A stretch of DNA of 51,867 nt, the filler included, from Catajapyx aquilonaris (taxonomy: Eukaryota): assembly GCA_000934665.2 (NCBI GenBank). It is 3 parts of 3 records of this genome, joined end to end, with 100 filler letters (N's around TTAATTAATTAA, not from the genome) between each part and the next. Parts side by side here need not be neighbours in the genome. Positions count along the whole stretch, not along the records: positions 1 to 17,253 come from JYFJ02007001.1; 2 more parts are not named here. One strand, 5' to 3'. Below are positions 1 through 11,600 of this stretch, one piece after another. How positions within the stretch are numbered: position 1 is the stretch's first letter; each line of letters begins with the position of its first letter. The position numbers and the translations under genes are program-made. Below the pieces are notes generated by a model. It searched no databases. It saw nothing but the letters and a program-made list of their open reading frames with translations, and was not told where the DNA came from.

Positions 1-245
1 GCCATGTTTGTTTAGAAACTTTTAAAAAGACCTATAAATTCACCATGTATTTATTTCACGATTTCTTCCTAGTATTGATACAATGGGATTGTTATTTCCT
101 GCGGATTTTTTTGGCGTCACACATACGTAGGCTACACCTGGTAAGCAAGCACTCCACAACGTTCGCCACAGCGGCAGACGTGAACATCCCGTTTTGCGGT
201 CGGTTTTTCCCAAGCTCACTGAAAAAGGCAAATGCTTCCAATATG

Positions 246-432
246 TTATAATTCGGGCATTGAGTGTTTTTTCAAGTGCGTCGGAGTTAGCAACTTGCGC
301 GCATGAGATAGTTCTTTTTTAAATCCATGTCTACCAGCCGAGCGAGCAAGTAGTTCGGGCCAAGATTCGACGCGACCCGATTGAATTCGAATCGACTGCT
401 GACGAAGATCACGGGCTTCCTCTTCCTCTGTC

Positions 433-510
<78 letters not shown>

Positions 511-1515
511 CACCCACCGTTATGTAGATCGATGGGATTAACCAAAATACTCAAATCTGGTGATATGGCAGACGAATCACTGGAGAAGACCCCATGACTT
601 CCCAAAAATGGATGGACCACACGGGAAGCCACGATTTCCATTCGCAAGCTGTTGTCACACATTGGTAACGTCTGTCCCACACCCTGCATCAGTCATATTA
701 ATTATTACACGTGGCATTTAGAATACAGGCATATCGGGCTTAGTTCTTCTACGACTTACGTGCAGTACTAATGATAGCTGTCTCAAAGCTGGAAGGGCGC
801 CTGGAACTGATGTCGAGTTGAGAATAATCGCATTCTTCATAGGTAGATTCAGCACAATACGGTCTCTAAATGCCAACAATGCCGTCTGGCGGATGCTTGG
901 TCCTCGTGGCTGGAAATGGTTTCAAAGTCAAAAGAGCCGACTTCAAATGTATACTGACTAATGAATCATATAATGTTCAAGCAGTAGCCATAGATTGTTA
1001 CCTTAAAAGGAATGAAGACTGCTTGCAACGTTGGAAGTGTGAGAGTAAAAAACCCATTCCAAACCATAGCCAGAGATTTGAGTCTTAATTGGTTCCTCTC
1101 ATCCGGAGCACCTTTCTCAACGGAAGTAGTAATGACTTCAAGTAGTATGGCCATTCCTCGAGGAAGCATCTCTCTCACATAGCACTGAAAGCCCCATAAG
1201 ATGAGTACACGCATAACACTACAATGCACAGCACGTACTTGGTGCAGAAGTGAACCGGCTTTGTTGGCCACCAGATTGCGAACTCTTCCTTGCAACTTGG
1301 ACAATTCCCCATCCTGAAGGCGATGTGTTTGAAATATGCGCATTATTGCCCCTTGCATTCCTGTCCAGTCTGAAGTCGGAACACTGGTACCTTCATGGAG
1401 GACTTCAATGTCGTCCAGTACGGACACGGACACACTTCTTTCTACCAGTTGTAATTGATTAATGCAATGAGCCAAGTACCATTTGGAAGTACTTACTGTG
1501 TTTGTGGGACCTCAT
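246..1515 (-). CDS. PRR5: PRR5/Protor-family (HbrB domain) mTORC2-associated protein, ~300 aa, 6 exons
   Basis: Exons 1515-1497, 1441-1239, 1184-1002, 909-760, 683-518, 427-246. All introns are GT-AG with matching phases (903 nt total). Motifs DWTGMQGAIMRIFQ..ELSKLQGRVRNLV, EMLPRGMAILL, LKSLAMVWNGFFTLTLPTLQAVFIP, SIRQTALLAFRD and RVVHPFLG parallel recalled human PRR5 (TWNSIHNGVIAVFQ, LLTKGMVIL, LAETWDFFFSDVLPMLQAIFYP, SVRQLALLHFRN, KVVSPYLG). The last exon is less certain; an unspliced product would stop at 512-510. Confidence 0.85.
433..510. repeat. (AAT)26 microsatellite
   Basis: Perfect trinucleotide run read directly from the sequence. Confidence 0.97.
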
Positions 1516-2395
1516 TCTGCAGTGTGTTGACGGTACACAACGAGGCATGCAGCTAAGTATGTGTGCTATCGACAAGATTAGACGGAATTGTGTTATCGTC
1601 GTATCAAGTGAAATTGTAATATAGCCGGGATGTCACTGCCTTTATTGATACGGGTCCTCGACATATGCGGCTTATGCGCCTTGTTTGTCTAGATTACAGC
1701 TTGCACAGCTTGTATTGAGCGTCGGTTAAATTAATCTGCAGAGATACAGATTGGGGATACAATTAATCATGGCAGACTTAATTGCATCGTGACATCTGGT
1801 CTTTATTTATTGAGATTGCAATTTAGGTTTTTATTCAATTGGTGTTACAAATCCAACAATGACATTGCGTCATTCGTTACAAGGCCGACTTAACATCAAC
1901 GTCACATTATTGCGGATTATGTCGCTCAATTTTCTAGAGCAAATTTACTATCGTCATAGAGCGTTGACTTTTCCATCGCATGCCATACTATTGCGTACAT
2001 AACAATGCATTCCTCCTGTGTTATCAGAAAGGCGTGAATGCGTTTCTGATTAGCTTATGTCGTTAATTGTATCACGATACAAGGTATTAAAATGAAGTGT
2101 GCAATTAAGCCTGTCATCAAACATTCATCAGTCTGACATGTCCCTTTCGAAAAATATGGCACCAGGACTGTTAGTACTACGTGTATGCTGGACAAAAAAT
2201 GGCAGCAGTGCTTGGAGAAAAAAAAAAAAACGAAGACGGCCATTAAGTGCAACACTGAGCGTGCAATACGACGATGGCTAATTTTAATGACCTTGGACAG
2301 ACAGTTTAATCACTTCCCTAAGCTATCAAACATAAATCCCAGTAACATACACTTGAATATTAAATAACCTGACTATTGAATTGCAATGCAGCACT

Positions 2396-3748
2396 TTAGG
2401 CGCTGGTCGACAGTGAGCTAACTACTTTAGCCAGAGACGCTTCTTCTTCTCGCCACTCGTTGTCCCTTCCCGTTTCCTCCACTTCCCCGACGCTGTCCAA
2501 GAACTCCTGATCATCCGAGACTGTCGACGTGGTCGATGTGCTGCGGCACACAACTCGCCGCTGAGGCGATGTGTCCTCCTCGGTGCTGAAATAGTCCATG
2601 CTGCTTTCCGAACTGAAACTGCCATCCTGCAACAAAAAAAGGCCATGGATAAGATTCGTTGTAATCCAGTTTGGGAACCATTCACTTCACCTGGTAAGCC
2701 AAGTCGTAGTCCGTGATGGGAATGCAAAGGTCATCCGAGGCGCTGCTTCTGAGGGTGCTTCCGTGGCTTCCTCCGGTTCCGTCTGCAACTTTGACCACCC
2801 CGTTGATACCTGGGAGTCCCAGTGGAGCCAGAACTCTGATCACAATCCCTCTGACCCCTCCTCGTGCATTCTTCCTCTTCCTGATCGCAGCCAAAGCAGC
2901 GGCCAACTGCGACCGTCTTTTACCAGCCAACCTGATGCCTTTGACTCTCTTCCTCCAGGAATGGACTTTTTTGCCCATCACCGGTGCCACTTTGGTTCCA
3001 GCGCGGGCTATTAGTGAAGGAAGGATAGGTATCCTGGAGGATGAGGACACCAGCAGGTCAAGGGCTAGGCGCACCCCGAATATAGGCCGCTGGTTCAGGC
3101 TTGGGTTCCCTTGAAGGTAGACAATGCTGTATTCAACCTGTCCCAGGAGTTGTTCGGTGCTTTGCAGGGCTAGTTGGGAAGCTTGAAAGCTGGCTAGGAA
3201 CTCCGCGTTGTCGTTGACGTGCCGTGACACCGCACGTTTCGTTACCTTCAGCGCCTGGAGACACAGATGGTGCAATGTAGCATAGCACTTGTCAAGTGCT
3301 CCAACATATATACGGTATGCACACTCTTAACCATTAGCTTCAAATTTTAACAACGCAATGTTGCAGATCAGTAGGCCCTATTATAGGTACAATTTGTTAA
3401 AACTCACATGGTCAGGTTCTGTCATCACAGACGGGAACCTTCTTTTGACAGAGTCCACAACGATGGAAGCGACCCGGTCAACTTGTCGCACTGAAATAAT
3501 AATCGTGATCCTGTGAAATGAGCACTGACATTTTCTGAACGTCACAAACAACGGAACTTACGAGGAGCCTTGGGCACAAAGATCCGGAAGCCCAATTGTA
3601 CCGCCTTGGTCCATGGCGTCGTCAAAGATATGCCCACGGAGTACACCCAGCTGGAATCCAGTTGGTTCTTGTGCAGTTGGGCAGCCTTGTTGACAGCCTC
3701 TCGAACTAGAGGAATCTCCAGCAACTTCTCTCCTGTCTGCCAACTCAT
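2396..3748 (-). CDS. Divergent perilipin/PAT-domain-like protein, ~354 aa, 4 exons
   Basis: Exons 3748-3562, 3490-3408, 3254-2691, 2626-2396, with GT-AG introns in consistent phase (1065 nt). The N-terminus EKLLEIPLVREAVNKAAQLH...KAPLRQVDRVASIVVDSVKRRFPSVMTEPDHALKVTK follows the recalled perilipin PAT pattern (RVxxLPLVxxxxxxxxxxY...PLxxVDxxAxxxLDxLExKxPxIxxxPxxIxxxTK). A basic middle region and an acidic Ser-rich tail follow. The start codon is inferred. Confidence 0.65.
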
Positions 3749-5437
3749 ACTTGTCAACACCAAAGTCTAGCCAGGAATAGTCCTGGGCTGCGTCTTATCA
3801 CTGTCCAGCAGCCGCCTCCGACGATCCCTCGTGACTCACTGATGTTTTTTCACTGCTAGAAATAGTTGGCCTGATGTAAGGGGCGTACTGTCAGGCATGA
3901 CTGCTCCGTTTTACGCAGTTATCAAATGGAGTCCAACCAGTGTGTTGCTGGAGGTGAATAGGTCAAGGTTTATGTGCATTCATCAGCAGACTGACATTGA
4001 GAATATGCCAAATTCTGCAATCTAGTTATGATGAACATTTGAAACTGTCAAGTGGTTGTTGCTGCGTCTCGATCGATGGTTGACGAATCCCAAAGACTGT
4101 GTAGAATAAGGACTCAATAATTAAAATGTTGATGACCGGATTTAGTATGCTAATTACTGAAACACACCAGCTGTCATTCGAGAAGTCATCAGTCGGCGAT
4201 AATTTTCACACGCATATTGGTTATACTAAGGCCAATAACGTAAGTAAAAAGGAGTCACGTCAAATGAGACTGATAGGAGGGACGGATCGCTTCAGATCTG
4301 ACTGAAGCCTATAAGTCTGCTACTAACATGTCAGCTAGCCTACCTGAAACAAGATCACAGTAATGCCCTTGTACTTACTGATGCATAATATGGATTTCCA
4401 TTATTTTGGAATAGGCTGCTGTACTCGTGGGCTCTACCTCCAGCAGCAATGAATTTTAAAGGACTAGTAATGCCTACCAAGCCGATCTTAAACTGAGAAT
4501 AGCACAATTTAATCATCAGTACATAATCACAAAGGTGTATCATTCTGCTGATAAAACTGAAATACAATAATACACTTCACTGTAGTACAGTACATGATGT
4601 GTGTTCAATGATTGCAGCATATGTTCCGTGCAGTACCGGTATAATGAAACCCCCAGAGAGTGTGATACTGACTTCTCTATATTTTTATTTGGATAATATT
4701 ACTGAGAAGAGCACGTTTCACCATTTTTATTGTCACGTGAGGCTGGCGAAAATATTTAAATATATTAAATATATTAAATATTATTGCCTACTGCTTTTAA
4801 AAAAATTTATTGAAGGACCTTTTTCCGACCTTTCCTAACCAACTTTCGGGAGTTGCACATCAACTCAGTTTAAGTTTAAACTTATCCTGACAATCCCGAG
4901 CATCCCTGCACGCCTCTCCTCTGCTGCGGGTCACTCCAACATTCAGGATAAACCCCAGTGTGATGTAATTACCATATCCTGCCTTCCAGTGCTTCATACA
5001 CAATGTCGCGATTGTGGCTCTATTGTTAAAAGGGCCGCATCTATCAGCTTTTTCCAGTGGTTGTTCGGAAAAAACTTATGCGCGATTTTACATCGCGCCA
5101 TTGTTGAAGGCGGAAACTTGGGCAATGTGCCGCCTGTGTAATTATACCATAATGCAATCACCGCAGCAGCATCGATTAACCAGAAATAATGACCCCATAA
5201 TTATTATGTTAGAAGTAGACAAGTATTGCGGATACTCTTCCCCTGAATCAATAAAGCAGCAGCGTTGTTTACCTTGACAACCAGTGGTGGTGGTGGTGGT
5301 GTCCCGCCCCCAAGAATTCGGGTGCAGCTGTGACCTGCCGTAACTTCTCGGCTCACTTTTTTGGTCACACGACATCGACATCTCAGCCTTTCCCCGACAC
5401 AATTTAATAGGGAGTTGTCACCAATACACCGGACAAA

Positions 5438-7893
5438 ATGCGTAAGTACACACTCCATTGTTGCAAGCCAGCCAGTCATATCCACAATTTAGGACACAAA
5501 TCGGGGTGTGTTATATTGTCTATTTTATTGCAGTTCTCTCAAATTCCCACAAGACGTTTATGATCCAGAAGAGCCTTCTGACAGTGGGAAAATCGTCGAA
5601 GAGAATTTCTCCCGAGTCATCCGATGCGGAGTCGTCCGGAGATGAGGCAAGAGAATTCGAACCCATGGCCATGGCCGACCTGCCACCTGAGTACTGGCAG
5701 GTCCAAAAGCTGGTCAAGTATCTCAAGGTATTTTTTCTAATCATTTCTGCCGAACTTTGCTGATTCCTCTCCTGTACTAGTACATATCACCCCCACGTGT
5801 GTTTATGCAGTCAGGTAACCAGACAGCGACGGTTCTGGCTCTGTGCTCCCTGCTTAGCTATGACCTGAGCAAAGAGATGTACCAAGGGTTTATCAAGAGC
5901 ACTGGTGGTCTGGAGGTGTTGATCAACCTCCTGGAGACCAAGGATACCAAGTGCAAGCTGGGGGCCCTCCGGATCCTCAAGTACCTCAGCCGCAACCCAG
6001 ACCTTCGGAGGCAGATGTGGCTGTTGGGCACCCAGCAGCTCTGTGTTGATCTGCTGGCCGAACCAGCCTATGAACTGCAGACCCTGTCCGCCGAGACCAT
6101 GGCCAATATCGCACAGTTTAGAAAGGTACCGGGCTTGTCAACTCCAAATAAATGAAACATTCACGCTGCATTTTTTGCAGGCTCGTAGGCAAGTCAGGCA
6201 CCATGGAGGAATCCCCCGCCTGCTGGACTTGATGGACCTGGATGACAAGCTTTTGATGGATGACCCGCTGACACTCCAGCTTCCAGACAAGCGTCGACTT
6301 GAAGCAGCCAGAGCGGGAGCCAAGGCCCTCTGTTCCCTGTCTCCGTCAGCCAAAAACAAGGAGGCCATCCGTCGTGCTGGTGGGATCCCTGTGTTGGCGC
6401 GCCTCCTCCGTTCACGGCACAACAGTCTGATGGTTGCAGTGGTTGCTACTTTGCAAGAATGTTCCACTGAAGAACGCTACAGGCATGAAGCAACTGAAAA
6501 TCAACATGTTTTCATTGTACATGACACATGTTGAAAAATCCAATTAACACTGCTTTTACTCCTCAGGCTAGCGGTGAGGTCGGAGGGCATGGTGGTGGAC
6601 CTAGTGCGTCACTTGAGAGAAGGTTCTCCCCGCTTGAAGCAGTACAGTGCTGCAGCCATCTTCAAGTGTGCAGTAGATGTGGAGACCAAGGAGATGGTGA
6701 GGGTCTACGGTGGTCTGGAACCTCTTCTCCATTTGCTGGCAGAGCCTGTGCAGGATGATGACAGGAGGTTGCTGTGGTCAGTCACTGGAGCATTGTGGAG
6801 GTGTGCTGAGGAACCAGCCAGTGCAGCCCAGTTAGAGAGGTTGGGAATCATCGGGATGTTGGTGGATATGATGCAGAGCCAGACCTTGGACAAGAAGGGA
6901 GGCAGGGGGATGGCTTCCGTACATGTTGAAGAAGGAGATGATGCTGTGGGAGCAGGGGCAACAAAGAAGCACCGTCCCCAGTGGGAAGAGGTGCTGGTCA
7001 ACGTGGTAGGTATCCTGGGGCAATGTGCTCTACAACCTACAGGGAGGCAGGCCATACGTGGTGCTGGTGGACTTCCCTTTCTGGTTGGTCTGCTGACAGC
7101 CACTCATGCACCCTTGCTAGTCAATGTTGCAAATGTGGTTGGCCACTGTGCTCGTGATCAAGAAGGAATCTCAGTCATTGATGCAAGAGATGGCATCCGC
7201 TTGCTTTGGTCACTGCTGAAAAACCCACACACCAATGTTCAGGCTTCAGCTGCAGCTGCCATCTGCCCATGCATCCACAATTTGCGTGACTCGGCAGATT
7301 TAGTCCGGAGTTTTGTGGGTGGCTTGGAGCTGCTGGTTGGTCTGCTCAATTCCAAGTGCGAGGATGTGTTGAGCAACGTGTGTGAAGCCATTTCATATGT
7401 GGCACAGGATATGGAGAATCTAGCTGTCATTACTGATCATGGAGTTGTTTTGTTGCTGGCCCAATTGGCATATACAGACAATGAGAAACTGAGACGAAAC
7501 CTCTCAGAAGCCATTGCCAATTGTTGCGCTTGGGGATCAAATCGGAAGGAGTTTGGCAGGAGACAGGTAAGGGATATCTGTATGCACCAATTACTGTTCC
7601 AGACCATTATTAATCCTAAGCGGCATTTATCCTAGGTGGTTACACCGCTAGTGTGTTACCTGACCTCTCAAGACCCTGATGTCCACCGTGCTGCTACAAG
7701 GGCCCTCTACCAGCTGTCCAAATGTTCAAGCAACTGCGTGGATCTTCACCAGAATGGAGCTGTCCCTTTCCTCCTCAACATGGTTGGCTCACCGGACCCA
7801 CAGCTGCAAGAGGCTGCTGCCGGGTGCCTCAGCAACATTCGAAAACTGGCCCTTCTCTCTGAAATTGCAAGCGAAATGGATGGCTCAAAGTAG
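5438..7893 (+). CDS. ARMC4: Armadillo-repeat outer dynein arm docking protein ARMC4/ODAD2 (gudu orthologue), ~690 aa
   Basis: Exons 5438-5441, 5534-5727, 5811-6125, 6181-6482, 6567-7566, 7636-7893 (2073 nt). Diagnostic motifs: [100 protein letters not shown]. Intron 6483-6566 needs a GC donor. The first micro-exon is inferred. Confidence 0.93.
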
Positions 7894-8690
7894 CAACTCA
7901 CTCATATAACATGCTCAGAACTTGGGGCTTTATTTCTTTTTACCTTGCTTACAAACATGCTCCCAAGCACATGATACCGTATATGCATTTGATCAACAGG
8001 CCTTCTTTATATACAAGGGGTGGGAATGAAATGTACAAGATTGCTAGGTGTATGGAATGACAAAATTCGGTCCCAGTGCAAAAATCACGGAAAACGCTAA
8101 TGTTATACCGACACCATTTCAAACTAGAAATAACTTATGTCTGACACCACTGTGGAATTCTTGTTATGCCAAAATATAATTGGACTCGTATGATGATGCA
8201 TTACTGTACATTTACAGCGACAATGTCAGCCACTGGGTGCCAGTGTATACTATGTAATTTTTGTAGGACAGCAACTATTGATCAAAGTCTTGTATAACAG
8301 CATCTTTAAATCAACAGATGGCAGTACATCAACAGTAAACACCACGGTAATCTTCTGTAAGGTGGCCCAAAAGTAACTCTCAATACCAATGCTAATTCAC
8401 TGATGGAGCAAGTGCAGTGATTGATATCCTAATTGCTTTTTTCTTATTTACATCAGTTAGTGAAAAGTGCCCTAATGCTTGAGTATGCAATAACAGTAAT
8501 TGACTTCTGAGCCACCCCACAGCTAGCTGACATCATGAGCACTTAAGTAATGCACCAACAGAACCCAATCTTTTATATTATGCTCTGTACAATTAGTGCA
8601 TTTGAACAATGGCATTTCTGGATTTGAACCAGGCTTGTGCACCGGGACATTTCAATAATAAGGCACATAACTCTTCCACGGGTCATGGGA

Positions 8691-11600
8691 TCAGGAGAAA
8701 CTGTCCTCGTGTGAGTCTAAAGGAGGAGGTGCATCTGGCAATCCCTTCTGACTGCCCGAGAGATACCCTGCAATGGCTGGCACGCTTGCAGATGACCCAG
8801 TCAAAAACCCAGCCGTATTTGGACCTGTTATGAAGAGGTCATGCTTCTGGTCACGATATTCTGACCAGACCTTGGATTTGTCCAACATGGCTGACACCTG
8901 GGCAGCTCCTGGGCTGCTCCCAGATGCCATTGCTTTCAAGGCCTCAACTGCTTGAGCTTTAGTCGAAGCAGGGTCACGGCCCTCTAGTAACGATAGGAGG
9001 TGTGGCACCAACTGACAGCGAACAGCTTGAGACACCAGATCCTCACGAGGTTTGGGGCTTGAAAACATGCGGTTGAGTGCTTCACAGGCCAATCCCACAC
9101 ACTCTGGGTATTGCATGGCACGTTTGATAGATGGTACGGAGTCGGACTGTGACATGGAATCCAAGCATGCCTCAGATGTGCACAATCGATGAGCAACCCG
9201 CACACAGGATCGTGTAACTGTTGGTGAACCAACAGCCATGGACTGAAATAACTTTGGAATGTGGCCCAGTGCTGGGATGTGTTCTGCCAAATTCGGCTGT
9301 GTCTGAAGCAAGGCGACCAGAGCATTTGTGACCAGCTCTAAGTGTGCCTCATCTTTTACTGTTGACAGGCTAGCATCAAGTAAATCAGCAAGGAATTCAC
9401 GGGGACGTCGCAAAACCCACCCAGGATTCTGAACAAAGAGGCGAAGAAACACACCTCCAACCACAACTTCCGAGTCAGAACATGTGTACACACACAGATC
9501 AGGTGGCTTCCATGTATGATCTGGATCTGCTCGCTGACTATCACGCAGATCACGAGTCATGGCACGAATGGTGTCACGTACATGCCGGCGAGCCTTGTCA
9601 TCCCAAACAAGCTCCGGATTTTCATGAGCACCTTCAAATACATGCACGCTACCTTCAGCTGACTCACGCATCGCATCTAACATGACTGGAGGCAAAAACC
9701 GGCCAACAATTAGCCTGACTCGGGGACCAACTAATTTGTCGGCTGCCATTTTAGATAACAGCTCTGCACACTTTTCACGTGCAGCCCCACTGGATGAGTT
9801 GCAAAACATATCTAACAGGTACATCACAGCCCCTTTTGCAAGAGAATCTTTGACCACACGTGCACTTGAAAACAGTGCATGTAACGTACTAAGTGCAGTC
9901 AAACAAGCAGATTGGTCCAGTGCATGAAGCACCAATAATAAGTACACCAGAACGTCAGCATTTGCAACATCCTCAACACATTGTCGTGATCCTGTAACTA
10001 CTGATATGGCTTCCAACGCCAGTTTCTGAACTCTTGATGCACCATCCACTCTCAAGAGGCAGAACAGCAACCTGAAGTGTCCAATGCAGCATGTTTCAAC
10101 TCCTGGGTTGTTCCTGATGACATGTCCCAGTGCTTCCAGACTCGACTCGACTTGGGAGAGTCGCTCCAAGCCATTGCCACTCTCACCACCTGAGAGTACC
10201 ATCAGGGAATGAAGGTACTGCGCTTGTGAGCCAAGGTAGTCGAGAAGGTTTGCAGTGAAGCCTCGAGCATCCTAAGTAAAACAATTACATGTGAGTGTAA
10301 TATGTAAAACCTGTTTTAGCTTAAAATTATAAGCACTTAATCTGGTAGTAGTCTAGTGCTCACAGCAAGCTGTAAATCACTACTTCATCTGGTCAAGAGT
10401 CACAAACTAATTTACAAAAATGCAGGCTTCACATAATTCTTACTAACAGCTCCAATTGAATGACAGTAATGCTTAATAACTTAGCATATCAAATTCATAT
10501 GAAGCACACTTTCAATTGAACTTAATTATGTTAATCAACATTTGTGCACATACATGTAACCACAACACTTCCCAGGGTTATATTATGCAATAAAAGTTAT
10601 TAGCATCAGCAAGAGTGATTTTTGAAATAACTCTTTAGGACAAGTAGTATGTAATTAACTATTATAAACATGGCCAAATTAATTTACAATTCAAAAACAG
10701 AAAGCATTCATTTGTAGTACACTGGGTGTGCACATGCTGACTTATGAAACAGTGTTGCAATTATCCCCAGACAAACTTGCCTCAAGTGGAAAAGTTGGTT
10801 GCTCATTGTAGACCCGGACAAAGATCCCACCAACAATCAGCTCCTTTGCGTGGACTGAGAAGACAAATTCTGACCCAAATGATTCATCATGATGGCCAGT
10901 CCTAACTTTGCTCTGCTGTTGCTCTTGCAGGTATTCTCCAAGCTCTGCCCTAGTTGCATTATCCCACAACAGATAGGGACTTCTAGTGTTCGAGTTAAGC
11001 GTTTTCAATAAGGCTGCAACACCATCCTCCCTGTCACTGCTCTTGAGTTGCTTTGACAAGTATGGAGTCAGCATGGCATCCAAAGCTGACAGTACCACTG
11101 CATTGGGGGGTGTTGCCTCCTCCCCTTCAAGCAGGCCAGCCAGCCTTGCACAGGCCTTCACTGCCAACTTGGCCAGCTGATTGGCCACCTCCTGCTGATG
11201 GGTTGACTCACTCTTCTCCACCCCACCTTCTTCAAGGGTAAAGTCATAGCCAAACATGAAAGGAAGGATGTGCCAGAGGATTCCAGCCTGGAGAAGGTGC
11301 ATCTGGAGAATGTTGTCCAGGGCCAGTGCACTTGCACATGATGTTGCTACTGCACACAGGCGAGTCAGATGCTGGAAAACAGTTGATGAATCAAATTACA
11401 TCATGATTTTTAAAAACCTACAAAATCCTTCCATAATATGTAATATATCCTGTCTTTTCTTCTTAACTCACCCTGTAATAGAGAATGTGGCAAAGGTCCC
11501 TGATGAGGTGTGGCATTTCCACAAGCCGATCCCGACATTGCTGAAATTGTGCAGCCACTGTGTAGCACTTGGTTACATGTGTGCACACTTGCACTGCCAC

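Noticed and set aside
2598..3114. Plus-strand ORFs 2598-3014 and 2713-3114, and similar antisense ORFs over ARMC4, RME-8, 37520-38322 and 48190-48837
   Set aside because: They are shadows of real opposite-strand coding exons, with no independent motif or splice support.
5260..5430. RFX X-box upstream of the ciliary gene ARMC4
   Set aside because: The best candidates (TTTACCTTGACAAC, GTTGTCACCAATAC) miss consensus positions and are too degenerate to call.
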